Shown here one piece after another: positions 26,701 to 42,700 of a DNA stretch of 64,000 nucleotides (within the stretch, counting starts at the first letter, position 1; each line of letters opens with the position of its first letter). Position numbers and translations under genes: made by a program. Source of the stretch: the human T2T-CHM13v2.0 reference genome, Homo sapiens. The notes under the pieces are model-generated. The model searched no databases, was not told the DNA's origin, and saw nothing but the letters and a program-made list of their open reading frames with translations. The stretch is from NCBI RefSeq assembly GCF_009914755.1, contig NC_060925.1; one strand, written 5' to 3'.

Positions 26701-29700
26701 AACGGAATTGAATGGAATCGTCAACGAATGAATTGAATGCAATCATCGAATGGTCTCGAATGGAATCATCTTCAAATGGAATGGAATGGAATCATCGCAT
26801 AGAATCGAATGGAATTATCATCGAATGGAATCGAATGGAATCAACATCAAACGGAAAAATCGGAATTATCGTATGGAATCGAAGAGAATCATCGAATGGA
26901 CCCGAATGGAATCATCTAATGGAGTGGAATGGAATAATCCATGGACTCGAATGCAATCATCATCGAATGGAATCGAATGGAATCATCGAATGGACTCGAA
27001 TGGAATAATCATCGAACGGAATCGAATGGAGTCATCATCGGATGGAAATGAATGGAATCATCATCGAATGGAATCGAACAGAATTATGGAATGAAATCCA
27101 GTGTGATCATCATCGAATGGACCCGAATGGAATCATCATCCAACGGAAGCTAATGGAATCAACATCCAATGAATCGAATGGAAACACCATCGAATTGAAA
27201 CGAATGGAATTATCATGAAATTGAAATGGATGGACTCATCATCGAATGGATTCGAATGGAATCATCGAATAAAATTGATTGAAATCATCAACAAATGGAA
27301 TCGAATGGTATCATTGAATGGAATCGAATGGAATCATCATCAGATGGAAATGAATGGAATCGTCATAGAATGGAATCGAATGGATTCATTGAATGGAATC
27401 AGATGGAATCATCGAATGGACTGGAATGGAATCATTGAATGGACTCGAAAGGGATCATTATTGAATGGAATTGAATGGAATCATGGAATGGTCTCGATTG
27501 GAATCATTATCAAATGGAATCGAATGGAATCACAGAATAGAATCGAATGGAACAATCATCGAATGGACTCAAATGGAATTATCCTCAAATGGAATCGAAT
27601 GGAAATATCGAATGCAATCGAATGGAATTATCGAATGCAATCGAATAGAATCATCGAATGGACTCGAATGGAATCATCGAATGGAATGGAATGGAACAGT
27701 CAATGAACTCGAATGGAATCATCATTGAATGGAATCGAATGGAATCATCGAGTGGAATCGAATGGAATTATGATCAAATGGAATCGAATGTAATCATCAT
27801 CAAATGGAATCAAAAATAACCATCATCAATTGGTATTGAATGGAATTGTCATCAAATGGAATTCAAAGGAATCATCATCAAATGGAACCGAATGGAATCC
27901 TCATTGAATGGAAATGAAAGGGGTCATCATCTAATGGAATCGCATGGAATCATCATCAAATGGAATCGAATGGAATCATCATCAAATGGAATCTAATGGA
28001 ATCATTGAACAGAATTGAATGGAATCGTCATCGAATGAATTGAATGCAATCATCGAATCGTCTCGAATGGAATCATCTTCTAATGGAAAGGAATGGAATC
28101 ACCGCATAGAATCGAATGGAATTAACATTGAATGGACTCGAATGGAATCCACATCAAACGGAATCAAGCGGAATTACCGAATGGAATCGAAGAGAATCAT
28201 CGAATGGACTCGAATGGAATCATCTAATGGAATGGAATGGAATAATCCACGGACTCGAATGCAATCATCATCATATAGAATCGAATGGAATCATTGAATG
28301 GACTCGAATGGAATAATCATTGAACGGAATCAAATGGAATCATCATCGGATGGAAACGAATGGAATCATCATCGAATGGAAAAGAAAAGAGTCATTATCT
28401 AATGGAATTGCATGGAATCATCATAAAATGGAATCGAATGGAATCAATATCAAATGGAATCAAATGGAATAATTGAACGGAATTAAATGGAATCGTCATC
28501 GAATGAATTGAATGCAATCATCGAATGGTCTCGAATGGAATCATCTTCTAATGGAAAGTAATGGAATCATCGCATAGAATCGAATGGAATTAAAATTGAA
28601 TGGACTCGAATGGAATCAACATCAAACGGAAAAAAACGGAAATATCGAATGGAATCGAAGAGAATCATCGAATTGACCCGAATGGAATCATCTAATGGAA
28701 TGGAATGGAATAATCCATGGACTCGAATGCAATCATCATCGAATGGAATCGAATGGAATCATCGAATGGACTCGAATGGAATAATCATTGAACGGAATCG
28801 AATGGAATCATCATCGGATGGAAACGAATGGAATCATCATCGAATGCAAATGAAAGGAGTCATCATCTAATGGAATCGCATGGAATCATCATAAAATGGA
28901 ATCGAATGGAATCAACATCAAATGGAATCAATTGGAATCATTGAACGGAATTGAATGGAATTGTCATCGAATGAATTGAATGCAATCATCGAATGGTCTC
29001 GAATGGAATCATCTTCAAATGGAATGGAATGGAATCATCGCATAGAATCGAATGGAATTATCATCGAATGGAATCGAAAGGTATCAACATCAAACGGAAA
29101 AAAACGGAATTATCGAATGGAATCGAAGAGAATCATCGAACGGACCCGAATGGAATCATCTAATGGAAAGGAATGGAATAATCCATGGACTCGAATCCAA
29201 TCATCATCGAATGGAATCGAATGGAATCATTGAAAGGACTCTAATGGAATAATCATTTAACGGAATCGAATGGAATCATCATCGAATGGAAACTAATGGA
29301 ATCATCATCGAATGGAAATGAAAGGAGTCATCTAATGGAATTGCACGGAATCAACATAAAATGGAATCGAATGGAATCAACATCAAATGGAATGAAATGG
29401 AATCATTGAACGGAATTGAATGGAATCTTCATCGAATGAATTGAATGCAATCATCGAATGGTCTCGAATGGAATCATCTTCAAATGGAATGGAATGGAAT
29501 CATCGCATAGAATCGAATGGAATTATCATCGAATGGAATCGAATGGAATCAACATCAAACGGAAAAAAACGGAATTATCGAATGGAATCGAAGAGAATCA
29601 TGGAATGGTCCCGAATGGAATCGTCTAATGGAATGGAATGGAATAATCCATGGACTCGAATGCAATCATCATCGAATGGAATCGAATGGAATCATCGAAT

Positions 29701-32700
29701 GGACTCGAATGGAATAATCATTGAACGGAATCGAATGGAATCATCATCGGATGGAAATGAATGGAATCATTATCGAATGGAATCGAATAGAATTATGGAA
29801 TGAAATCCAGTGTCATCATCTTCGAATGGACCCGAATGGAATCATCATCCAACGGAAGCTAATGGAATCAACATCGAATGAATCGAATGGAAACACCATC
29901 GAATTGAAACGAGTGGAATTATCATGAAATTGAAATGGATGGACTCATCATCGAATGGATTCGAATGGAATCATCGAATAAAATTGATTGAAATCATCAT
30001 CAAATGCAATCGAATGGTAGCATTGAATGGAATCGAATGGAATCATCATCAGATGGAAATGAATGGAATCGTCATAGAATGGAATCGAATGGATTCATTG
30101 AATGGAATCAGATGGAATCTTCGAATGGACTGGAATGGAATCATTGAATGGACTCGAAAGGGATCATGATTGAATGGAATTGAATGGAATCATCGAATGG
30201 TCTCGATTGGAATCATTATCAAATGGAATCGAATGGAATCACCGAATAGAATCGAATGGAACAATCATCGAATGGACTCAAATGAAATTATCCTCAAGTG
30301 GAATCGAATGGAATTATCGAATGCAATCGAATGGAATTATCGAATGCAATCGAATAGAATCATCGAATGGACTCGAATGGAATCATCGAATGGAATGGAA
30401 TGGAACAGTCAATGAACTCGAATGGAATCATCATTAAATGGAATCGAATGGAATCATCGAGTGGAATCGAATGGAATTATGATCAAATGGAATCGAATGT
30501 AATCCTCATCAAATGGAATCAAAAATAACCATCATCAATTGATATTCAATGGAATTGTCATCAAATGGAATTCAAAGGTATCATCATCAAATGGAACCGA
30601 ATGGAATCCTCATTGAATGGAAATGAAAGGGGTCATCATCTAATGGAATCGCATGGAATCATCATCAAATGGAATCGAATGGAATCATCATCAAATGGAA
30701 TCTAATGGAATCATTGAACAGAATTGAATGGAATCGTCATCGAATGAATTGAATGCAATCATCGAATGGTCTCGAATGGAATCATCTTCTAATGGAAAGG
30801 AATGGAATCATCGCATAGAATCGAATGGAATTAACATTGAATGGACTCGAATGGAATCAACATCAAACGGAATCAAGCGGAAATATCGAATGGAATCGAA
30901 GAGAATCATCGAATGGACTCGAATGGAATCATCTAATGGAATGGAATGGAATAATCCACGGACTCGAATGCAATCATCATCGTATAGAATCGAATGGAAT
31001 CATTGAATGGACTCGAATGGAATAATCATTGAACGGAATCGAATGGAATCATCATCGGATGGAAACGAATGGAATCATCATCGAATGGAAATGAAAGGAG
31101 TCATCATCTAATGGAATTGCATGGAATCATCATCAAATGGAATCGAATGGAATCAACATCAAATGGAATCAAATGGAATCATTGAACGGAATTGAATGGA
31201 ATCGTCAACGAATGAATTGAATGCAATCATCGAATGGTCTCGAATGGAATCATCTTCAAATGGAATGGAATGGAATCATCGCATAGAATCGAATGGAATT
31301 ATCATCGAATGGAATCGAATGGAATCAACATCAAACGGAAAAAAACGGAATTATCGAATGGAATCGAAGAGAATCATCGAACGGACCCGAATGGAATCAT
31401 CTAATGGAATGGAATGGAATAATCCATGGACTCGAATGCAATCATCATCGAATGGAATCGAATGGAATCATCGAATGGACTCGAATGGAATAATCATTGA
31501 ACGGAATCGAATGGAGTCATCATCGGATGGAAACGAATGGAATCATCATCGAATGGAAATGAAAGGATTCATCATCTAATGGAATTGCATGGAATCATCA
31601 TAAAATGGAATCGAATGGAATCAACATCAAATGGAATCAAATGGAATCATTGAACGGAATTGAATGGAATCGTCAACGAATGAATTGAATGCAATCATCG
31701 AATGGTCTCGAATGGAATCATCTTCAAATGGAATGGAATGGAATCATCGCATAGAATCGAATGGAATTATCATCGAATGGAATCGAATGGAATCAACATC
31801 AAACGGAAAAATCGGAATTATCGTATGGAATCGAAGAGAATCATCGAATGGACCCGAATGGAATCATCTAATGGAGTGGAATGGAATAATCCATGGACTC
31901 GAATGCAATCATCATCGAATGGAATCGAATGGAATCATCGAATGGACTCGAATGGAATAATCATCGAACGGAATCGAATGGAGTCATCATCGGATGGAAA
32001 TGAATGGAATCATCATCGAATGGAATCGAACAGAATTATGGAATGAAATCCAGTGTGATCATCATCGAATGGACCCGAATGGAATCATCATCCAACGGAA
32101 GCTAATGGAATCAACATCCAATGAATCGAATGGAAACACCATCGAATTGAAACGAATGGAATTATCATGAAATTGAAATGGATGGACTCATCATCGAATG
32201 GATTCGAATGGAATCATCGAATAAAATTGATTGAAATCATCAACAAATGGAATCGAATGGTATCATTGAATGGAATCGAATGGAATCATCATCAGATGGA
32301 ACTGAATGGAATCGTCATAGAATGGAATCGAATGGATTCATTGAATGGAATCAGATGGAATCATCGAATGGACTGGAATGGAATCATTGAATGGACTCGA
32401 AAGGGATCATTATTGAATGGAATTGAATGGAATCATGGAATGGTCTCGATTGGAATCATTATCAAATGGAATCGAATGGAATCACAGAATAGAATCGAAT
32501 GGAACAATCATCGAATGGACTCAAATGGAATTATCCTCAAATGGAATCGAATGGAAATATCGAATGCAATCGAATGGAATTATCGAATGCAATCGAATAG
32601 AATCATCGAATGGACTCGAATGGAATCATCGAATGGAATGGAATGGAACAGTCAATGAACTCGAATGGAATCATCATTGAATGGAATCGAATGGAATCAT

Positions 32701-33760
32701 CGAGTGGAATCGAATGGAATTATGATCAAATGGAATCGAATGTAATCATCATCAAATGGAATCAAAAATAACCATCATCAATTGGTATTGAATGGAATTG
32801 TCATCAAATGGAATTCAAAGGAATCATCATCAAATGGAACCGAATGGAATCCTCATTGAATGGAAATGAAAGGGGTCATCATCTAATGGAATCGCATGGA
32901 ATCATCATCAAATGGAATCGAATGGAATCATCATCAAATGGAATCTAATGGAATCATTGAACAGAATTGAATGGAATCGTCATCGAATGAATTGAATGCA
33001 ATCATCGAATCGTCTCGAATGGAATCATCTTCTAATGGAAAGGAATGGAATCACCGCATAGAATCGAATGGAATTAACATTGAATGGACTCGAATGGAAT
33101 CCACATCAAACGGAATCAAGCGGAATTACCGAATGGAATCGAAGAGAATCATCGAATGGACTCGAATGGAATCATCTAATGGAATGGAATGGAATAATCC
33201 ACGGACTCGAATGCAATCATCATCATATAGAATCGAATGGAATCATTGAATGGACTCGAATGGAATAATCATTGAACGGAATCAAATGGAATCATCATCG
33301 GATGGAAACGAATGGAATCATCATCGAATGGAAAAGAAAAGAGTCATTATCTAATGGAATTGCATGGAATCATCATAAAATGGAATCGAATGGAATCAAT
33401 ATCAAATGGAATCAAATGGAATAATTGAACGGAATTAAATGGAATCGTCATCGAATGAATTGAATGCAATCATCGAATGGTCTCGAATGGAATCATCTTC
33501 TAATGGAAAGTAATGGAATCATCGCATAGAATCGAATGGAATTAAAATTGAATGGACTCGAATGGAATCAACATCAAACGGAAAAAAACGGAAATATCGA
33601 ATGGAATCGAAGAGAATCATCGAATTGACCCGAATGGAATCATCTAATGGAATGGAATGGAATAATCCATGGACTCGAATGCAATCATCATCGAATGGAA
33701 TCGAATGGAATCATCGAATGGACTCGAATGGAATAATCATTGAACGGAATCGAATGGAAT
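23730..33760 (+). repeat. 4952-bp near-identical tandem duplication (two copies)
   Basis: Constant offset of 4952 for 24003/28955, 24468/29420, 24972/29924, 25776/30728, 26712/31664, 27215/32167, 28019/32971 and 28610/33562. The copies share indels and private SNVs. Confidence 0.93.
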
Positions 33761-36700
33761 CATCATGGGATGGAAACGAATGGAATCATCATCGAATGGA
33801 AATGAAAGGAGTCATGTAATGGAATTACATGGAATCATCATAAAATGGAATCGAATGGAATCAACATCAAATGGAATCCAATGGAATCATTGAACGGAAT
33901 TGAATGAATCGTCATCGAATCAATTGAATGCTATCATCAAATGGTCTCGAATGGAATCATGTTCAAATGGAATGGAATGGAATCATCGCATAGAATCGAA
34001 TGTAATTATCATCGAATGGAATCGAATGAAATCAACAACAAACGGAAAAAAAAGGAATTATCGAATGGAATCAAAGAGAATCATCGAATGGACCCGAATG
34101 GAATCATCTAATGGAATGGAATGGAATAATCCATGGACTCGAATGCAATCATCATCGAATGGAATCGAATGGAATCATCGAATGGACTCGAATGGAATAA
34201 TCATAGAACGGAATCGAATGGAATCATCATCGGATGGAAATGAATGGAATCATCATCGAATGGAATCGAATAGAATTATGGAATGAAATCCAGTGTGATC
34301 ATCATCGAATGCACCCGAATGGAATCATCATCCAACGGAATCTAATGGAAACAACATCGAATGAATCGAATGGAAACACCATCGAATTGAAACGAGTGGA
34401 ATTATCATGAAATTGAAATGGATGGACTCATCATCGAATGGATTCGAATGGAATCATCGAATAAAATTGATTGAAATCATCATCAAATGGAATCGAATGG
34501 TATCATTGAATGGAATCGAATGGAATCATCATCAGATGGAAATGAATGGAATCGTCATAGAATGGAATCGAAAGGATTCGTTGAATGGAATCAGATGGAA
34601 TCATCGAATGGACTGGAATGGAATCATTGAATGGACTCGAGAGGGATCATTATTGAATGGAATTGAATGGAATCATCGAATGGTCTCGATTGGAATCATT
34701 ATCAAATGGAATCGAATGGAATCACCGAATAGAATCGAATGGAACAATCATCGAATGGACTCCAATGGAATTATCCTCAAATGGAATCGAATGGAATTAT
34801 CGAATGCAATCGAATGGAATTATCGAATGCAATCGAATAGAATCATCGAATGGACTCGAATGGAATCATCGAATGGAATGGAATGGAACAGTCAATGAAC
34901 TCGAATGGAATCATCATTGAATGGAATCGAATGGAATCATCGAGTGGAATCGAATGGAATTATGATCAAATGGAATCGAATGTAATCATCATCAAATGGA
35001 ATCAAAGATAACCATCATCAATTGGTATTGAATGGAATTGTCATCAAATGGAATTCAAAGGAATCATCACCAAATGGAACCGAAAGGAATCCTCATTGAA
35101 TGGAAATGAAAGGGGTCATCATCTAATGGAATCGCATGGAATCATCATCAAATGGAATCGAATGGAATCATCATCAGATGGAATCTAAAGGAATCATTGA
35201 ACAGAATTGAATGGAATCGTCATCGAATGAATTGAATGCAATCATCGAATGGTCTCGAATGGAATCATCTTCAAATGGAATGGAATGGAATCATCGCATA
35301 GAATCGAATGGAATTATCATCGAATGGAATCGAATGGAATCAACATCAAACGGAAAAAAACGGAATTATCGAATGGAATCGAAGGGAATCATAGAATGGT
35401 CCCGAATGGAATCATCTAATGGAATGGAATGGAATAATCCATGGACTCGAATGCAATCATCATCGAATGGAATCGAATGGAATCATCGAATGGACTCGAA
35501 TGGAATAATCATTGAACGGAATCGAATGGAATCATCATCGGATGGAAATGAATGGAATCATTATCGAATGGAATCGAATAGAATTATGGAATGAAATCCA
35601 GTGTCATCATCATCGAATGGACCTGAATGGAATCATCATCCAACGGAAGCTAATGGAATCAACATCGAATGAATCGAATGGAAACACCATCGAATTGAAA
35701 CGAGTGGAATTATCATGAAATTGAAATGCATGGACTCATCATCGAATGGATTCGAATGGAATCATCGAATAAAATTGATTGAAATCATCATCAAATGGAA
35801 TCGAATGGTAGCATTGAATGGAATCGAATGGAATCATCATCAGATGGAAATGAATGGAATCGTCATAGAATGGAATCGAATGGATTCATTGAATGGAATC
35901 AGATGGAATCTTCGAATGGACTGGAATGGAATCATTGAATGGACTCAAAAGGGATCATTATTGAATGGAATTGAATGGAATCATCGAATGGTCTCGATTG
36001 GAATCATTATCAAATGGAATCGAATGGAATCACCGAATAGAATCGAAAGGAACAATCATCGAATGGACTCAAATGAAATTATCCTCAAGTGGAATCGAAT
36101 GGAATTATCGAATGCAATCGAATGGAATTATCGAATGCAATCGAATAGAATCATCGAATGGACTCGAATGGAATCATCGAATGGAATGGAATGGAACAGT
36201 CAATGAACTCGAATGGAATCATCATTGAATGGAATCGAATGGAATCGAGTGGAATCGAATGGAATTATGATCAAATGGAATCGAATGTAATCATCATCAA
36301 ATGGAATCAAAAATAACCATCATCAATTGGTATTCAATGGAATTGTCATCAAATGGAATTCAAAGGTATCATCATCAAATGGAACCGAATGGAATCCTCA
36401 TTGAATGGAAATGAAAGGGGTCATCATCTAATGGAATCGCATGGAATCATCATCAAATGGAATCGAATGGAATCATCATCAAATGGAATCTAATGGAATC
36501 ATTGAACAGAATTGAATGGAATCGTCATCGAATGAATTGAATGCAATCATCGAATGGTCTCGAATGGAATCATCTTCTAATGGAAAGGAATGGAATCATC
36601 GCATAGAATCGAATGGAATTAACATTGAATGGACTCGAATGGAATCCACATCAAACGGAATCAAGCGGAATTATCGAATGGAATCGAAGAGAATCATCGA

Positions 36701-39700
36701 ATGGACTCGAATGGAATCATCTAATGGAATGGAATGGAATAATCCACGGACTCGAATGCAATCATCATCGTATAGAATCGAATGGAATCATTGAATGGAC
36801 TCGAATGGAATAATCATTGAACGGAATCAAATGGAATCATCATCGGATGGAAACGAATGGAATCATCATCGAATGGAAAAGAAAAGAGTCATCATCTAAT
36901 GGAATTGCATGGAATCATCATAAAATGGAATCGAATGGAATCAACATCAAATGGAATCAAATGGAATCATTGAACGGAATTGAATGGAATCGTCATCGAA
37001 TGAATTGAATGCAATCATCGAATGGTCTCGAATGGAATCATCTTCTAATGGAAAGTAATGGAATCATCGCATAGAATCGAATGGAATTAAAATTGAATGG
37101 ACTCGAATGGAATCAACACCAAACGGAAAAAAACGGAATTATCGAATGGAATCGAAGAGAATCATCGAATGGACCCGAATGGAATCATCTAATGGAATGG
37201 AATGGAATAATCCATGGACTCGAATGCAATCATCATCGAATGGAATCGAATGGAATCATCGAATGGACTCGAATGGAATAATCATTGAACGGAATCGAAT
37301 GGAATCATCATCGGATGGAAAAGAATGGAATCATCATCGGATGGAAATGAAAGGAGTCATCATCTAATGGAATTGCATGGAATCATCATAAAATGGAATC
37401 GAATGGAATCAACATCAAATGGAATCAAATGGAATCATTGAACGGAATTGAATGGAATCGTCATCGAATGAATTGAATGCAATCATCGAATGGTCTCGAA
37501 TGGAATCATCTTCAAATGGAATGGAATGGAATCATCGCATAGAATCGAATGGAATTATCATCGAATGGAATCGAATGGAATCAACATCAAACGGAAAAAA
37601 ACGGAATTATCGAATGGAATCGAAGAGAATCATCGAATGGACCCGAATGGAATCATCTAATGGAATGGAATGGAATAATCCATGGACTCGAATGCAATCA
37701 TCATCGAATGGAATCGAATGGAATCATCGAATGGACTCGTATGGAATAATCATTGAACGGAATCGAATGGAATCGTCATCGGGTGGAAATGAATGGAATC
37801 ATCATCGAATGGAATCGAATAGAATTATGGAATGAAATCCAGTGTGATCATCATCGAATGGACCCGAATGGAATCATCATCCAACGGAAGCTAATGGAAT
37901 CAACATCGAATGAATCGAATGGAAACACCATCGAATTGAAACGAATGGAATTACAATGAAATTGAAATGGATGGACTCATCATCGAATGGATTCCAATGG
38001 AATCATCGAATAAAATTGATTGAAATCATCATCGAATGGTATCGAATGGTATCATTGAATGGAATCGAATGGAATCATCATCAGATGGAAATGAATGGAA
38101 TCGTCATAGAATGGAATCGAATGGATTCATTGAATGGAATCAGATGGAATCATCGAATGGACTGGAATGGAATCATTGAATGGACTCGAAGGAGATCATG
38201 ATTGAATGGAATTGAATGGAATCATCGAATGGTCTCGATTGGAATCATTATCAAATGGAATCGAATGGAATCACCGAATAGAATCGAATGGAACAATCAT
38301 CGAATGGACTCAAATGGAATTATCCTCTATTGGAATCGAATGGAATTATCGAATGCAATCGAATGGAATTATCGAATGCAATCGAATAGAATCATCGAAT
38401 GGACTCGAATGGAATCATCGAATGGAATGGAATGGAACAGTCAATGAACTCGAATGGAATCATCATTGAATGGAATCGAATGGAATCATCGAGTGGAATC
38501 GAATGGAATTATGATCAAATGGAATCGAATGTAATCATCATCAAATGGAATCAAAAATAACCATCATCAATTGGTATTGAATGGAATTGTCATCAAATGG
38601 AATTCAAAGGAAACATCATCAAATGGAAACGAATGGAATCCTCATTGAATGGAAATGAAAGGGGTCATCATCTAATGGAATCGCATGGAATCATCATCAA
38701 ATGGAATCGAATGGAATCATCATCAAATGGAATCTAATGGAATCATTGAACAGAATTTAATGGAATCGTCATCGAATGAATTGAATGCAATCATCGAATG
38801 GTCTCGAATGGAACCATCTTCTAATGGAAAGGAATGGAATCATCGCATAGAATCGAATGGAATTGTCATCGAATGGAATCGAATGGTATCAACACCAAAC
38901 AGAAAAAAACGGAATTATCGAATGGAATCGAAGAGAATCTTCGAACGGACCCGAATGGAATCATCTAATGGAATGGAATGGAATAATCCATGGACTCGAA
39001 TGCAATCATCATCGAATGGAATCGAATGGAATCATCGAATGGTCTCGAATGGAATAATCATTGAACGGAATCGAATGGAATCATCATCGGATGGAAACGA
39101 ATGGAATCATCATCGAATGGGAATGAAAGGAGTCATCATCTAATGGAATTGCATGGAAACATCGTAAAATGGAATCGAATGGAATCAACATCAAATGGAA
39201 TCAAATGGAATCATTGAACAGAATTGAATGGAATCGTCATCGAATGAATAGAATGCAATCATCGAATGGTCTCGAATGGAATCATCTTCAAATGGAATGG
39301 AATGGAATCATCGCATAGAATCGAATGGAATTATCATCGAATGGAATCGAATGGAATCAACACCAAACGGAAAAAAACGGAATTATCGAATGGAATCGAA
39401 GAGAATCATCGAATGGACCCGAATGGAATCATCTAATGGAATGGAATGGAATAATCCATGGACTCGAATGCAATCATCATCGAATGGAATCGAATGGAAT
39501 CATCGAATGGACTCGAATGGAATAATCATTGAACGGAATCGAATGGAATCATCATCGGATGGAAATGAATGGAATCATCATCGAATGGAATCGAATAGAA
39601 TTATGGAATGAAATCCAGTGTGATCATCATCGAATGGACCCGAATGGAATCATCATCCAACGGAAGCTAATGGAATCAACATCGAATGAATCAAATGGAA

Positions 39701-42700
39701 ACACCATCGAATTGAAACGAATGGAATTACCATGAAATTGAAATGGATGGACTCATCATCGAATGGATTCGAATGGAATCATCGAATAAAATTGATTGAA
39801 ATCATAATCGAATGGAATCGAATGGTATCATTGAATGGAATCGAATGGAATCATCATCAGATGGAAATGAATGGAATCGTCATAGAATGGAATCGAATGG
39901 ATTCACTGAATGGAATCAGATGGAATCATCGAATGGACTGGAATGGAATCATTGAATGGACTCGAAAGGGATCATTATTGAATGGAATTGAATGGAATCA
40001 TCGAATGGTCTCGATTGGAATCATTATCAAATGGAATCGAATGGATTCACCGAATAGAATCGAATGGAACAATCATCGAATGGACTCAAATGGAATTATC
40101 CTCAAATGGAATCGAATGGAATTATCGAATGCAATCGAATGGAATTATCGAATGCAATCGAATAGAATCATCGAATGGACTCGAATGGAATCATCGAATG
40201 GAATGGAATGGAACAGTCAATGAACTCGAATGGAATCATCATTGAATGGAATCGAATGGAATCATCGAGTGGAATCGAATGGAATTATGATCAAATGGAA
40301 TCGAATGTAATCATCATCAAAAGGAATCAAAAATAACCATCATCAATTGGTATTGAAAGGAATTGTCATCAAATGGAATTCAAAGGAATCATCATCAAAT
40401 GGAACCTAATGGAATCCTCATTGAATGGAAATGAAAGGGGTCATCATCTAATGGAATCGCATGGAATCATCATCAAATGGAATCGAATGGAATCATCATC
40501 AAATGGAATCTAATGGAATCATTGAAAGAATTGAATGGAATCATCATCGAATGAATTGAATGCAATCATCGAATGGTCTCGAATGGAATCATCTTCTAAT
40601 GGAAAGGAATGAAATCATCGCATAGAATCGAATGGAATTATCATCGAATGGAATCGAATGGTATCAACACCAAACGGAAAAAAACGGAATTATCGAATGG
40701 AAGCGAAGAGAATCTTCGAACGGACCCGAATGGAATCATCTAATGGAATGGAATGGAATAATCCATGGACTCGAATGCAATCATCATCGAATGGAATCGA
40801 ATGGAATCATCGAATGGACTCGAATGGAATAATCATTGAACGGAATCGAATGGAATCATCATCGGATGGAAATGAATGGAATCATCATCGAATGGAATCG
40901 AATAGAATTATGGAATGAAATCCAGTGTGATCATCATCGAATGGACCCGAATGGAATCATCATCCAACGGAAGCTAATGGAATCAACATCGAATGAATCA
41001 AATGGAAACACCATCGAATTGAAACGAATGGAATTACCATGAAATTGAAATGGATGGACTCATCATCAAATGGATTCGAGTGGAATCATCGAATAAAATT
41101 GATTGAAATCATCATCGAATGGAATCGAATGGTATCATTGAATGGAATCGTATGGAATCATCATCAGATGGAAATGAAAGGAATCGTCATAGAATGGAAT
41201 CGAATGGATTCATTGAATGGAATCAGATGGAATCATTGAATGGACTGGAATTGAATCATTGAATGGACTTGAAAGGGATCATTATTGAATGGAATTGAAT
41301 GGAATCATCGAATGGTCTCGATTGGAATCATTATCAAATGGAATCGAATGGAATCACCGAATAGAATCGAATGGAACAATCATCGAATGGACTCAAATGG
41401 AATTATCCTCAAATGGAATTGAATGGAATTATCGAATGCAATCGAATGGAATTATCGAATGCAATCGAATAGAATCATCGAATGGACTCGAATGGAATCA
41501 TCGAATGGAATGGAATGGAACAGTCAATGAACTCGAATGGAATCATCATTGAATGGAATCGAATGGAATCATCGAGTGGAATCGAATGTAATCATCATCA
41601 AATGGAATCAAAAATAACCATTATCAAATGGAATCAAAAATAACAATCATCAATTGGTATTGAATGGAATTGTCATCAAATGGAATTCAAAGGAATCATC
41701 ATCAAATGGAACCGAATGGAATCCTCATTGAATGGAAATGAAAGGGGTCATCATCTAATGGAATCGCATGGAATCATCATCAAATGGAATCGAATGGAAT
41801 CATCATCAAATGGAATCTAATGGAATCATTGAAAAGAATTGAATGGAATCGTCATCGAATGAATTGAATGCAATCATCGAATGGTCTCGAATGGAATCAT
41901 CTTCTAATGGAAAGGAATGGAATCATCGCATAGAATCGAATGGAATTATCATCGAATGGAATCGAATGGTATCAACACCAAACGGAAAAAAACGGAATTA
42001 TCGAATGGAATCGAAGAGAATCTTCGAACGGACCCGAATGGAATCATCTAATGGAATGGAATGGAATAATCCATGGACTCGAATGCTATCATCATCGAAT
42101 GGAATCGAATGTAATCATCGAATGGACTCGAATGGAATAATCATTGAACGGAATCGAATGGAATCATCATCGGATGGAAACGAATGGAATCATCATCGAA
42201 TGGAAATGAAAGGAGTCATCATCTAATGGAATTGCATGGAATCATCATAAAATGGAATCGAATGGAATCAACATCAAATGGAATCAAATGGAATCATTGA
42301 ACGGAATTGAATGGAATCGTCATCGAATGAATTGAATGCAATCATCGAATGGTCTCGAATGGAATCATCTTCAAATGGAATGGAATGGAATCATCGCATA
42401 GAATCGAATGGAATTATCATCGAATGGAATCGAATGGAATCAACATCAAACGGAAAAAAACGGAATTATCGAATGGAATCGAAGAGAATCATCGAATGGA
42501 CCCGAATGGAATCATCTAATGGAATGGAATGGAATAATCCATGGACTCGAATGCAATCATCATCGAATGGAATCGAATGGAATCATCGAATGGACTCGAA
42601 TGGAATAATCATTGAACGGAATCGAATGGAATCATCATCGGATGGAAATGAAAGGAGTCATCATCTAATGGAATTGCATGGAATCATCATAAAATGGAAT

